A stretch of DNA of 55,175 nt from an uncultured bacterium (GTDB lineage: Bacteria; Actinomycetota; Actinomycetes; S36-B12), in assembly GCA_903850745.1 (NCBI GenBank), contig CAINMH010000129.1, positions 1 to 55,175 on the forward strand, in the 5' to 3' direction. Below the pieces are notes generated by a model. The model was given only the letters and a program-made list of their open reading frames with translations, ran no database searches and had not been told where the DNA came from. The position numbers and the translations under genes are program-made. This document shows, piece after piece, positions 9,139-21,235 of the stretch. Positions within the stretch are counted from its first letter, which is position 1, and every line of letters begins with the position of its first letter.

Positions 9139-9810
9139 GTGTCCATGGCCGATCAGACGATCACACGCGGGCGAGCTTTCGATCGATTCATCAATTTCAG
9201 CGACGCGATAACCGCAGTTGCCATCACCCTGCTGGCCTTGCCTCTCGTGAACATCGCAACACCGCAGGGCGAGCAGTCTGTGTGGGATGTCATCAGCCTC
9301 AATTCGGGCGCCATCTGGGCCTTTGCGATCACCTTTGCGGTCGTAGGCACTATGTGGAAGAGCCACGCACGGGTCTTTCAGTCCATCCAAGGTTATGACC
9401 ACCCGATGTTCCTACTGAATCTTGCGTGGCTCGCGCTCATTGTGTTGCTCCCATGGCCTACCTCGTTGTACGGCACCAGCGGTAACTCCGTCCACCAGAG
9501 CGGAGCGCCTCTAGCTGGCGCGGGACTGTTCTACTGGCTGGTCTTGGCAGCGATATCTTTTCTGCTCACGGCCATGTCGATTCATGCCTCCCGGACGCCC
9601 GGTTTGCGTGACGAAGCCGAAATGAACCCGCACCGGGGTGGATCCGTCCGAGGTGCCGCCGTGCGTGGGTCGGTGTTCACGATTGCCTGCATCATCATTG
9701 GCATCGCTAGCCTCTTTGCACCCATCGTGGCGGAATGGCTGCCACTGGTCCTGGTGCCGATCGCGATTTTCACCAACAGGTACCAGCGCAAACAGCTGCG
9801 AAGCACGTAG
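9139..9810 (+). CDS. TMEM175 family (DUF1211) potassium-channel-like protein
   Basis: RFINFSDA matches the RxxxFSD signature, followed by AITLL, W..H and LNL..L..I..LPWPT; about 6 TM segments. Start may be ATG 9145. Confidence 0.85.
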   Translation: MSMADQTITRGRAFDRFINFSDAITAVAITLLALPLVNIATPQGEQSVWDVISLNSGAIWAFAITFAVVGTMWKSHARVFQSIQGYDHPMFLLNLAWLALIVLLPWPTSLYGTSGNSVHQSGAPLAGAGLFYWLVLAAISFLLTAMSIHASRTPGLRDEAEMNPHRGGSVRGAAVRGSVFTIACIIIGIASLFAPIVAEWLPLVLVPIAIFTNRYQRKQLRST

Positions 9811-9820
9811 TCTTCCTCCC

Positions 9821-11344
9821 ATGTCTCAGGAGATTTCAGCCGAGTTCCTTTCACTCCCGCGAGAGGAGTGTGCGAGTGCCGCTTTGCAGCGGGCAGGAGA
9901 ACTTGGAGCTGAGTACGCAGACCTCCGTGTTGCTATGACTCGCTCCGCGAGCCTGCGCCTTCGCGACGCCATCGTCGAGGGCACAACCGACGATGCATCA
10001 ACGGGCATGTCCGTACGAGTTCTTTGGCAGGGGTGCTGGGGGTTTGCCGCCAGCGATGTCGTTAGTGTGAGCGAAGCCCTCGCGCTAGCTGAGAAGGCCG
10101 TCGCTCTGGCTCGGATTAGTTCCCCACTCGTGACAATACGAGTCGAACTTGCGCCCGAACCTGTCCATAACGGTACGTGGACTTCCGCACTCGAGATTGA
10201 TCCATTCGACGTCCCCACGGCCGAACGGGTCGCGCTGATGGCCGACCGAAGCGCTCTTTTGCTCGCCGCACCGGGAGTCAGCCATGCTGATGCTGGCTTG
10301 CAGTTCGTGCGAGAGAGCACATTTTTTGCAAGTGCAGCGGGAACCCGCACGATCCAACAACGCACCCGCATCGAAGCTGAGTGGTCTGCGACGCACGTGT
10401 CCGACAGCGGATTTGAGTCAATGTCGACAACCGCGCCCCCAGTTGCACGCGGTTGGGAATACGTCCTTGGCCGTGGCGAGACTGTTCGAGGTGCGCGACC
10501 ATGGGACTGGAACGACGAGCTTGCCCACCTGCCACTGCACTTGGCCGAGAAAGTGGCTGCACCATCAGTCGTGCCTGGCCCTACGACACTTGTCATAGAC
10601 CCCACCAATCTCTGGCTCACCATCCACGAGTCCGTGGGTCACGCCACCGAGTTAGACCGCGCACTGGGTTACGAGGCCAACTACGCGGGCACCTCTTTCG
10701 CGACCCCGGAAAAGCTCGGCACGTTTCAGTACGGCTCACCCCTCATGCACATCGTGGGCGACCGTACGGCTGACTTTGGACTAGCAACTACTGGTTGGGA
10801 CGACGAAGGTGTCGAAGCCCAAACTTGGGATCTCGTTCGAGACGGCATTCTTGTCGGCTACCAGTTGGATCGGAGTATGGCTGGGGAGATGCGTTTCCCG
10901 CGTTCGAATGGTTGCGCGTATGCAGACTCAGCCGAACATGTGGCAATCCAGCGCATGCCCAATGTCTCTCTCATGCCAGGAGCAACGCAAGCCTCTATCG
11001 AGGACCTTATTGCCGGTGTCGACGATGGCCTTTACATCGTCGGTGATCGTAGCTGGTCGATAGACATGCAGCGCTATAACTTCCAATTCACCGGACAGCG
11101 CTTCCACCGCATCAAATCGGGTCGACTCGCCGGGCAAGTGAAAGATGTTGCGTACCAGTCTCGTACTCCTGATTTCTGGGGGTCGATGGTTGCCCTCGGT
11201 GGCCCCGAAACCTACTTACTCGGGGGCGCGTTGAATTGCGGCAAGGGCCAACCCGGGCAGGTTGCTCCGGTGTCACATGGCTGTCCGGCCGCGGTCTTTG
11301 AAGGGGTTAACGTGCTCAACAGCGCAGCAGAGGCAGGTTCATGA
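9821..11344 (+). CDS. tldD: TldD family metalloprotease subunit
   Basis: HESVGH (HExxxH), DDEG, QRMPN and C-terminal CGKGQ. Start at ATG 9821. Confidence 0.9.
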   Translation: MSQEISAEFLSLPREECASAALQRAGELGAEYADLRVAMTRSASLRLRDAIVEGTTDDASTGMSVRVLWQGCWGFAASDVVSVSEALALAEKAVALARISSPLVTIRVELAPEPVHNGTWTSALEIDPFDVPTAERVALMADRSALLLAAPGVSHADAGLQFVRESTFFASAAGTRTIQQRTRIEAEWSATHVSDSGFESMSTTAPPVARGWEYVLGRGETVRGARPWDWNDELAHLPLHLAEKVAAPSVVPGPTTLVIDPTNLWLTIHESVGHATELDRALGYEANYAGTSFATPEKLGTFQYGSPLMHIVGDRTADFGLATTGWDDEGVEAQTWDLVRDGILVGYQLDRSMAGEMRFPRSNGCAYADSAEHVAIQRMPNVSLMPGATQASIEDLIAGVDDGLYIVGDRSWSIDMQRYNFQFTGQRFHRIKSGRLAGQVKDVAYQSRTPDFWGSMVALGGPETYLLGGALNCGKGQPGQVAPVSHGCPAAVFEGVNVLNSAAEAGS

Positions 11345-12726
11345 TGCGTGCGGCTCCACAAGAACTCATTGAACGAGCCATCTCCTTGTCAACAACTGAC
11401 GGCTGCGCTGTGATCGTGCGCGATGTCAGCCGCGCCGACCTACGTTGGGCCCGCACCACTCTCACGACGAATGGTGAGTCCACGGCACTCGACATAACGG
11501 TCATTGCGTTCTCCCGAACGGCCACTGGCACGGCCACCGCGTCTATCGGAAGAGCCGCCCCAGATTTAGCTGACCTGAGTGCTTTGGTGCGGGAGGCCGA
11601 AGCTGCGGCGCGAGAGGCGCAAGATGCCGACGACGCATTTCCTTTGGTGTCCAGCGAAGGTATCGATCCAACCTGGAACGAGCCTGCAGAACCGACTTCG
11701 GGGGCTATTTTCGGGACCCTTGCTCAACGATTGGGCGAGGCATTCGCGGGCAATACAGCCATTGAACACTTTGGCTATGCCGAGCATGTGTCCACCACTA
11801 CGTGGCTCGGCACGAGCATGGGTATTCGTCGACGATTCGTGCAGCCCGAAGGCCGCCTGGAGATGACGGGCAAGTCCGATGGTCGTACGCGTTCGAGTTG
11901 GTGGGGTGCTGCCACCACTGACTTCACAGACGTAGATCCAGCCGACGGTGCCGCCTACCTTGCGAAGTCCCTCGGCTGGCAGGCAAGACGTGTGGAGATC
12001 GCCCCGGGCCGACATGACGCAATCCTCACGTCAAGTGCTGTGGGCGACTTGATGGTGGATTTGTGGTGGTCGGCGGCGGGTCGCGACGCCACAGAGGGAC
12101 GCAGCGTCTTTAGCCGACCTGGTGGAGGTACGCGCATCGGTGACCGAATCGGCATTCCCGGCATTTCACTCAGTAGCAATCCTGACGAACCAGGCATGCT
12201 CTCCGCAGATTTTATGGCCACCGGCACCACGTCGTCTTTCGCGAGTGTCTTCGACAATGGCATGGCGCTACCTCGTGTCGATTGGATTGCGGACGGAATC
12301 CTCAAGAATCTGATCACGACGAGACAATTCGCAGACGAATCTGGGCTGGCACTTGCCGCGCCCGCGGACGTCGTACGTATGCAGGTTGATTCGGGCTTTG
12401 GTTCACTCGAGGATCTGGTGGCGCGCACTTCGCGTGGTCTACTCGTCACCTGCCTTTGGTACAACCGGCTAGTCGACCCGCAGACATTGCTTCTCACCGG
12501 ACTTACCCGCGATGGCGTTTATGAGGTGCGTGACGGCGAGATCGTGGGAGCTGCAGGCAATTTCAGGTTCAACGACTCCCCTGTGTCCATGCTGCAGAGA
12601 ATCACAGATTCAACGACAACGAGCCGCACGATGCCGAGGGAGTTCGGCGACTATGCCAATCGCGTAGCCATGCCCGCACTCGCTGTGTCGGACTTCCACT
12701 TCAGCACTGCCAGCGAGGCCCTCTAA
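11341..12726 (+). CDS. TldE/PmbA family partner subunit
   Basis: ATGA overlap with tldD. No HExxxH. LLTGLTRDG...NFRFNDSP motif. Confidence 0.85.
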   Translation: MMRAAPQELIERAISLSTTDGCAVIVRDVSRADLRWARTTLTTNGESTALDITVIAFSRTATGTATASIGRAAPDLADLSALVREAEAAAREAQDADDAFPLVSSEGIDPTWNEPAEPTSGAIFGTLAQRLGEAFAGNTAIEHFGYAEHVSTTTWLGTSMGIRRRFVQPEGRLEMTGKSDGRTRSSWWGAATTDFTDVDPADGAAYLAKSLGWQARRVEIAPGRHDAILTSSAVGDLMVDLWWSAAGRDATEGRSVFSRPGGGTRIGDRIGIPGISLSSNPDEPGMLSADFMATGTTSSFASVFDNGMALPRVDWIADGILKNLITTRQFADESGLALAAPADVVRMQVDSGFGSLEDLVARTSRGLLVTCLWYNRLVDPQTLLLTGLTRDGVYEVRDGEIVGAAGNFRFNDSPVSMLQRITDSTTTSRTMPREFGDYANRVAMPALAVSDFHFSTASEAL

Positions 12727-12772
12727 CCCCAGCCAGGATGCGAGGTCGGGCTAGCCGACGTAGGCTGGCCAC

Positions 12773-13075
12773 ATGGCAGTTGAGCCACAAGAGGTCTACA
12801 CCGTGACGACGGCTCAGGTGGGCACTGCCCAAGAGCAGACTGGGCGGGTCGGCAGGTACCTCTTCTCTATGGGGATTCGCACTGCGTGCGTAATAGCCGC
12901 GATCATTATTCCTGGTTGGCCCCGTTGGCTCTTTCTTGTCGGTGCTGTCTTCTTGCCCTACATCGCCGTGGTGATCGCGAATGCTGGCCGAGAAAAGACC
13001 TCTCGAGAGTCGATAATCACACCGGAATCGACTCATGCAGCACTCCCTGCGGGGCCCGAGTCTCCTCAGCCGTAG
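12773..13075 (+). CDS. DUF3099 family small membrane protein
   Basis: RYLFSMGIRTAC...LPYIAVVIAN pattern; 2 TM segments. Confidence 0.8.
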   Translation: MAVEPQEVYTVTTAQVGTAQEQTGRVGRYLFSMGIRTACVIAAIIIPGWPRWLFLVGAVFLPYIAVVIANAGREKTSRESIITPESTHAALPAGPESPQP

Positions 13076-13084
13076 GGTGGACGT

Positions 13085-13834
13085 GTGTTGTCTCTCCTCC
13101 GCACTCCGCGCTGGATAAGTTTCACTGCACTTTTGATCTTCTTCATCATTGCATTCGGATTACTGAGCAGATGGCAATGGTCACGTGCAGAAGAACATCG
13201 GCTTGAACGCATCGCTATCGAGGAGCGAGCCAACGCGGCGCCTGAACCCATTTCGGAGTTGCTTCCACCAACCACGCAACTTCCCACTGATCTTGAGTGG
13301 CGCCAAGTTTCTGTAAGCGGAACATTCACGGGCCAATCTGCCTTGGTGCGGAAGCGGCCATTGGGTGGACAGAATGGCTTCTGGGCAATGTCCGCGTTGC
13401 AACTCAGTGACGGGACCTACGTGTGGATCAACCGGGGTTGGACAGCTGCGACAGGTGATGCTCTGGGAACACCGACAGTGACAGCTCCACCTAGCGGGCC
13501 CGTAGCAATTATTGCCCGATTGCGGCCATCGCAGTTCGCGCCCAATCCGCAGCCGGCAGACTTACCCGCGGGGCAAGTGACCGATGCTGACGTCTCCATC
13601 CTCCCAGCGGTGGCTGGGCCCGAGTACGACGTCTACCTAGAGTTAGTGTCATCGACGCCTGATGCGCACAACGGTTTGATCCTGCTGTCGCCGCCCGAAA
13701 TCGACGATAACCAAAACATTTCTTACGCAGTCCAATGGCTCCTATTCGCTGGCGTAGGGCTCGTCGGATGGTTCTTTTTTCTGCGGCGTGAAGCGCGTAC
13801 AGAGGCCTCAGCGGAAGCTGATCAGCGAAACTGA
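13085..13834 (+). CDS. SURF1 family cytochrome oxidase biogenesis protein
   Basis: LSRWQWSR, INRGW and YAVQW motifs. Confidence 0.9.
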   Translation: MLSLLRTPRWISFTALLIFFIIAFGLLSRWQWSRAEEHRLERIAIEERANAAPEPISELLPPTTQLPTDLEWRQVSVSGTFTGQSALVRKRPLGGQNGFWAMSALQLSDGTYVWINRGWTAATGDALGTPTVTAPPSGPVAIIARLRPSQFAPNPQPADLPAGQVTDADVSILPAVAGPEYDVYLELVSSTPDAHNGLILLSPPEIDDNQNISYAVQWLLFAGVGLVGWFFFLRREARTEASAEADQRN

Positions 13835-15675
13835 GTTTGGTACAGATCCGAGTAGACACCCTGAGCCGTCAATAGCTCTTCGTGAGTCCCAGACTCTACG
13901 ACGCGGCCCTCATCGATGACCAAGATGAGGTCGGCATTGCGCACAGTAGACAGGCGGTGGGCGATGACCAATGACGTACGACCCACCAGCGCAACCTCAA
14001 GGGCTTTCTGCACCGCATATTCGCTCTCGGAGTCCAGATGTGCGGTGGCCTCATCAAGTACGACAATGGCAGGAGACTTCAGAAGCAATCGAGCCAATGC
14101 GAAGCGCTGTTTCTCCCCGCCGGAGAGTCGATGCCCGCGATCTCCGACAACCGTGTCCAAGCCATCGGGAAGCGCGCTGACGAGATCTTGAATTTGGGCA
14201 GCTTCGCATGCCGCCCGAATGTCCGCATCAGTCGCTTCCGGTCGCGCGTATTGAAGGTTCGCCCGAATAGTGTCGTGGAACATGTGGGCGTCCTGCGTCA
14301 CCATGCCGACGGCGGCGTGGACAGAGTCCAATGTCAAATCCTTGATGTCCACACCACCGAGTTTTACTTGACCCGAAGTGGGGTCGTACAGTCGCGGAAC
14401 CAGAGAGGTGATGGTGGTCTTGCCCGCACCCGACGGACCTACCAATGCGACCAGTTGGCCCGGCTCCACGCGGAATGACACCCCGCGCAAGATCAGATCG
14501 TGAGACCTGACCGACTCCGGACGCGCAATGGACTCTAGTGACGCGAGCGACACTTCTTCGGCGGTGGGATACCGAAAGGTGACGTCGGTGAACTCAATGG
14601 AAAGCGGACCCGAGGGAGCCGAAATTGCAGTGGGACTCTCCACAACAAGGGGTTTGAGATCGAGCACTTCAAACACACGTTCAAAACTCACTAAGGCGGT
14701 CATGACATCCACTCGAACATTGGAAAGCGCCGTCAGGGGGCCATAGAGCTGCCCTAGAAGTGCCACAAGTGCCAAGAGTGTGCCAAGGCTCAAGGTGCCC
14801 ATCACCACAAAATTGCCGCCGACACCGTAGGTGATAGCCGTGGCCAAGGCAGCCACCAAGATCAAAGCCGTGAAGAACCAGCGGTTTGCCATCGCAATCG
14901 AAATGCCGATGTCGCGAACGCGACTCGCTCTCCCCCGATAGTTCGCGTCCTCATCGTGGGGGCGACCAAAGAGTTTGACTAGCAGAGCGCCAGCGACATT
15001 AAAGCGTTCTGTCATCTGGGTGCTCAACTCAGCGTTCAACTGCATTTGCTCACGCGTCAGTGCCTGAAGCCGACGACCCATCCATCGCGCCGGCAACAGA
15101 AATAGGGGCAGAAGAATGAGGGCTAGGAGAGTAATTTGCCAGGACAGGATGAACATGGTGATGAGAACAATCGTCACGCTAATGACGTTGCCGACAACTC
15201 CGCCGAGAGTTGACGTAAAGGCTTGCTGTGCACCAATAACATCACTATTGACACGGGAAACTAGAGCACCCGTCTGCGCACGAGTGAAGAAGGCGATCGA
15301 TTGCTTTTGGACGTGGGAAAACACCTCGGTTCGCAAGTCGTAGATCAAACCCTCACCAATACGCGATGAAAACCAACGAGCAATCACGCCAACACCAGCG
15401 TCCGCGATAGCAAGAACCGCAACAAGGATGGCGCCGATCGTGACTACTCGGGCATTGCCCGCGCTAATTCCTGAATCCACTATCCACTGGAACAAAAGCG
15501 GTTGCCCAACAGTGAGCAGAGAAACTGCTACCAAAGTGATCAGAAAGAGAATGACGAGCGTGCGGTATGGACGTGCGTACTGGAAAACACGTTTCACTAC
15601 CGCACGGCCAACCTTCCGTCGCTTCAGAGACGCATCGCGCGTCAAGGCGCGGTAGGCAGCCCAATCATGGGACAT
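13822..15675 (-). CDS. ABC exporter, fused permease and ATPase
   Basis: N-terminal TM domain, then GPSGAGKT, LSGGEKQR and LDEAT. Confidence 0.92.
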   Translation of the reverse strand: MSHDWAAYRALTRDASLKRRKVGRAVVKRVFQYARPYRTLVILFLITLVAVSLLTVGQPLLFQWIVDSGISAGNARVVTIGAILVAVLAIADAGVGVIARWFSSRIGEGLIYDLRTEVFSHVQKQSIAFFTRAQTGALVSRVNSDVIGAQQAFTSTLGGVVGNVISVTIVLITMFILSWQITLLALILLPLFLLPARWMGRRLQALTREQMQLNAELSTQMTERFNVAGALLVKLFGRPHDEDANYRGRASRVRDIGISIAMANRWFFTALILVAALATAITYGVGGNFVVMGTLSLGTLLALVALLGQLYGPLTALSNVRVDVMTALVSFERVFEVLDLKPLVVESPTAISAPSGPLSIEFTDVTFRYPTAEEVSLASLESIARPESVRSHDLILRGVSFRVEPGQLVALVGPSGAGKTTITSLVPRLYDPTSGQVKLGGVDIKDLTLDSVHAAVGMVTQDAHMFHDTIRANLQYARPEATDADIRAACEAAQIQDLVSALPDGLDTVVGDRGHRLSGGEKQRFALARLLLKSPAIVVLDEATAHLDSESEYAVQKALEVALVGRTSLVIAHRLSTVRNADLILVIDEGRVVESGTHEELLTAQGVYSDLYQTQFR

Positions 15676-15677
15676 TG

Positions 15678-16463
15678 TTAGTGATCCAATGCAGAGAGAA
15701 GGGCCCGAAGTCGCTTAGCCTGCGCCAGTCGCTCCGCTGAATGTTGACTCAGGGGATCCGCCGTCTGAGCATGGAGTAGCAGTGGTTTCAGGTCCAGCGC
15801 CGCACCATTGGTCAATCGGATGGCATCAATCAGCCGCTGACCAGTGGCCAACAGGTCGTCTGCAGGGACCGAGGCGACGGCTAGACCACGTTGCACTGCT
15901 TCAGCAGCGCCTACGGATCGACCGGTGAGACACAACTCAAGGGCCTGGCTGTACCCCATGGCGCGCACGAGCGTGTGAGTACCCGTGAGATCGGGGACCA
16001 ACCCGAACTGAGCTTCGCGCATCGAGAGTTCCACATCGTGAGCCACGACCATAAGATCCGCGGCAAGCGCGAGCTGGAACCCCGCGCCTACGGCATGCCC
16101 TTGAACAAGTGCGATCGTGATGGGTCGGATAGCCCGCAACACCCGAAATCCATCCTGAAATGCAGCAATTGCCGAGTCAAGCTCATCATCAGGTCGCCGA
16201 GCGATGTGGACGAGTGATTCTTGTCCGGAGATTCCTGCCGGAGTGAACATCCGACGATCGAGTCCGGCGCTAAAGGAGGAACCGGCGCCAGTGATGAGCA
16301 CGGCGACGACCTCTGCGGGAATGGAATCGGCAATTTTGGTGAGAGCGAGCCACGTCGCGGGAGTCTGCGGATTGCGTCGTTGTGGGTCATTGAGAGTGAT
16401 GGTAACTACATCCGCCGCCCGTGAGACCGCAAGGCCACAGTCTTCGGGCAGGGTGATGTCCAT
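15678..16463 (-). CDS. Enoyl-CoA hydratase/isomerase family protein
   Basis: FSAGLD, GHAVGAGFQLALAAD and EAQFGLVPD motifs. Confidence 0.9.
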   Translation of the reverse strand: MDITLPEDCGLAVSRAADVVTITLNDPQRRNPQTPATWLALTKIADSIPAEVVAVLITGAGSSFSAGLDRRMFTPAGISGQESLVHIARRPDDELDSAIAAFQDGFRVLRAIRPITIALVQGHAVGAGFQLALAADLMVVAHDVELSMREAQFGLVPDLTGTHTLVRAMGYSQALELCLTGRSVGAAEAVQRGLAVASVPADDLLATGQRLIDAIRLTNGAALDLKPLLLHAQTADPLSQHSAERLAQAKRLRALLSALDH

Positions 16464-16468
16464 AGGTC

Positions 16469-18067
16469 TTACGCTAACTCAACAAGATCTAGGTAGTCGT
16501 GACCCCAGAGGTCTTCGTCGCCATCGGGGAGAAGGAGCACCCGCTCAGGCTCTAAGGCGCACACAGCTCCCTCATCGTGGGTGACCAGCACCACCGCTCC
16601 CTCATAACCACGCAAGGCACCAAGCACCTCCTCGCGACTGGCTGGATCCAAGTTGTTGGTGGGCTCGTCCAGCAATAGGACGTTGGCACTGCTCACCACC
16701 AGCATGGCCAAGGCCAGGCGAGTCTTCTCACCACCAGAGAGAACTCCTGCAGGCTTGACTACTGAGTCACCAGAAAATAGAAAGGATCCCAAAACGCGAC
16801 GTGCTTCTAGCTCGCCGATGTCGGGTGAACTGCTCAACATATTGGAAAGAACAGTCGCTTCGGGATCAAGAGTCTCGTGCTCCTGAGCGTAGTAGCCAAT
16901 CCGAGCTCCATGTCCGAGAATGCGCTCCCCCGTATCGGGAGGATCCACATCGGCGAGCATCCTTAGCAGGGTTGTCTTGCCCGCTCCGTTGAGACCGAGA
17001 ACCACCACACGCGAACCCTTGTCAATGGCCAAGTCCACGTCAGTGAACACTTCCTGCGAGCCATAGGACTTGGACAAGCCCTTCGCCATCAATGGAGTCT
17101 TGCCGCAAGGAGCCGGCGACGGAAAGCGTAGGCGGGCCAATTTATCGCTGCGTCGCTCGGATTCTAGTCCCGTTACCTATCTGTCTGCACGCTTCAACAT
17201 TGATTGAGCTGCTTTAGCTTTTGTCGCCTTGGCACGCATGCGTTCAGCTTGCTCGCGCAAGGTGCTGGCTTGGCGTTCGGCGTTTGAGCGCTCGCGCTTG
17301 CGTCGCCTTTCATCTACTTCGCGCTGCTGCAGATAGGCCTTCCACCCCATGGAGTATGCGTCTAGCTCCTGCCGGGTAGCGTCAAGATGAATAACCCGGT
17401 TCACAGTTGCGTCAAGGAGTTCGGTGTCGTGACTGATCACGATGAATCCACCTTTGTAGGCGCCAAGGAAACGTCTCAACCAGCCAATGGAGTCAGCATC
17501 AAGGTGGTTAGTCGGCTCATCCAACAAGAGCACGTCTGCGCCGCTGAAGAGAATTCGGGCCAGTTCAACTCGTCGACGTTGGCCGCCCGACAGAGTGCCT
17601 AGGGGCTGGCCGAGGACTCGCTCCGGGAGCCCGACACTTGCCGCAATTGTTGCGGCCTCCGATTCGACGGCGTAGCCGCCCAGAGCCATGAACTCAGCTT
17701 CCGCGCGAGCATATTGCGACATGACCTTGTCCAGCGCTTCTCCCGTGGTGCTCCCCATCCGTTCTGACGCGGTGTGCAGTCGAGTCACGATCTCGTCGAG
17801 ACCACGGGCTGACAGAATTCTGCCGCGCGCGGTGATCTCGAGGTCGCCCGTACGCGGATCCTGCGGGAGATACCCCACCGTCCCGGAGCGCGTGATCTGT
17901 CCTGCCGCCGGCTGAGTCTCACCAGCCAAGGTGCGCATGAGCGTGGTTTTGCCGGCCCCGTTGCGACCAACGAGGCCTACCCGATCACCTGGTCCTATCC
18001 GAAGTGAGCCGTCTACAAGGAGTGCGTCTGGTCCAGCTCGAAGTTCAATACCAGCAGCAGAGATCAT
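16469..18067 (-). pseudogene. ABC-F family ATPase interrupted by one in-frame TAG (17177-17179)
   Basis: ORFs 17177..18067 and 16469..17140 are in the same frame (1599 nt, 533 codons). Each half has Walker A, LSGG and LLLDEPTN. The junction reads ...KRADR*VTGLESERRSDKLARLRFP. Confidence 0.85.
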
Positions 18068-18370
18068 TAGAGATTAAAGCCGAGCGCCCGCAACATGTCG
18101 CGACCGTCATCGGTGATCTTGTCTGGGCCCCACGGCGGCATCCAAACCCAGTTGATCCGGTAGTCACTCACCACACCGCTCAAGGCCGCGCGAGTCTGGT
18201 CCTCGATCTGATCGGTCAGCGGGCAAGCAGCCGAGGTCAGCGTCATATCCAAGGTCGCGACCGTGTCGTCCACGTGCACGTCGTACACCAAACCTAGATC
18301 GACGACATTGATGCCGAGTTCGGGGTCCACGACATCCTTCATCGCTTCCCACACCAATTCACTCGCTGTT

Positions 18371-18378
<8 letters not shown>
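18067..18378 (-). CDS. sufT: SufT/DUF59 Fe-S maturation factor
   Basis: DPELGINVVDLGLVY, TLTSAACP and WMPPW motifs. Start GTG 18378. Confidence 0.9.
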
Positions 18379-20893
<2,515 letters not shown>

Positions 20894-20897
<4 letters not shown>

Positions 20898-21235
20898 GCC
20901 GACTGCCCTCCAGCATTTAGTGAAACATGAATACGAGCTTGTGGTCCAGCACCGTCAACGCGCACGGCATAAACAGGAACAGCTGAGAGCGCCGGGAGTG
21001 ACGCCGGAATACCGGTGCGTAGATCGAAGCGAGAACCGTGTAGCCAGCACTCGATGAAACAGCCTTCGACTTCACCTTCGGACAATTCAACATCAGCATG
21101 TGAGCACACATCGCGAATGGCGTACACCTGACCCTCAGAACGGACCACGGCTACGGGCTCAGCGCCCAACATCACCCGGTGTGCACCAGGTTCCGGAACG
21201 TCACCGAGAGCGCACACATCAACCCATTCGCTCAT
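20894..21235 (-). CDS. Rieske-type ferredoxin in the suf operon
   Basis: CSH...CWLH Rieske ligands. Confidence 0.9.

Noticed and set aside
9821-13075. RiPP cluster (TldDE with DUF3099 as precursor)
   Set aside because: DUF3099 is a 2-TM membrane protein with its own candidate promoter; no YcaO, radical SAM or lanthipeptide enzymes are nearby.
17177-17179. Genome-wide TAG recoding or pyrrolysine as the explanation for the ABC-F stop
   Set aside because: TAG terminates many genes here at their expected ends (serB, tpiA, gap, tldD-upstream gene), and no pyl genes are in the window.
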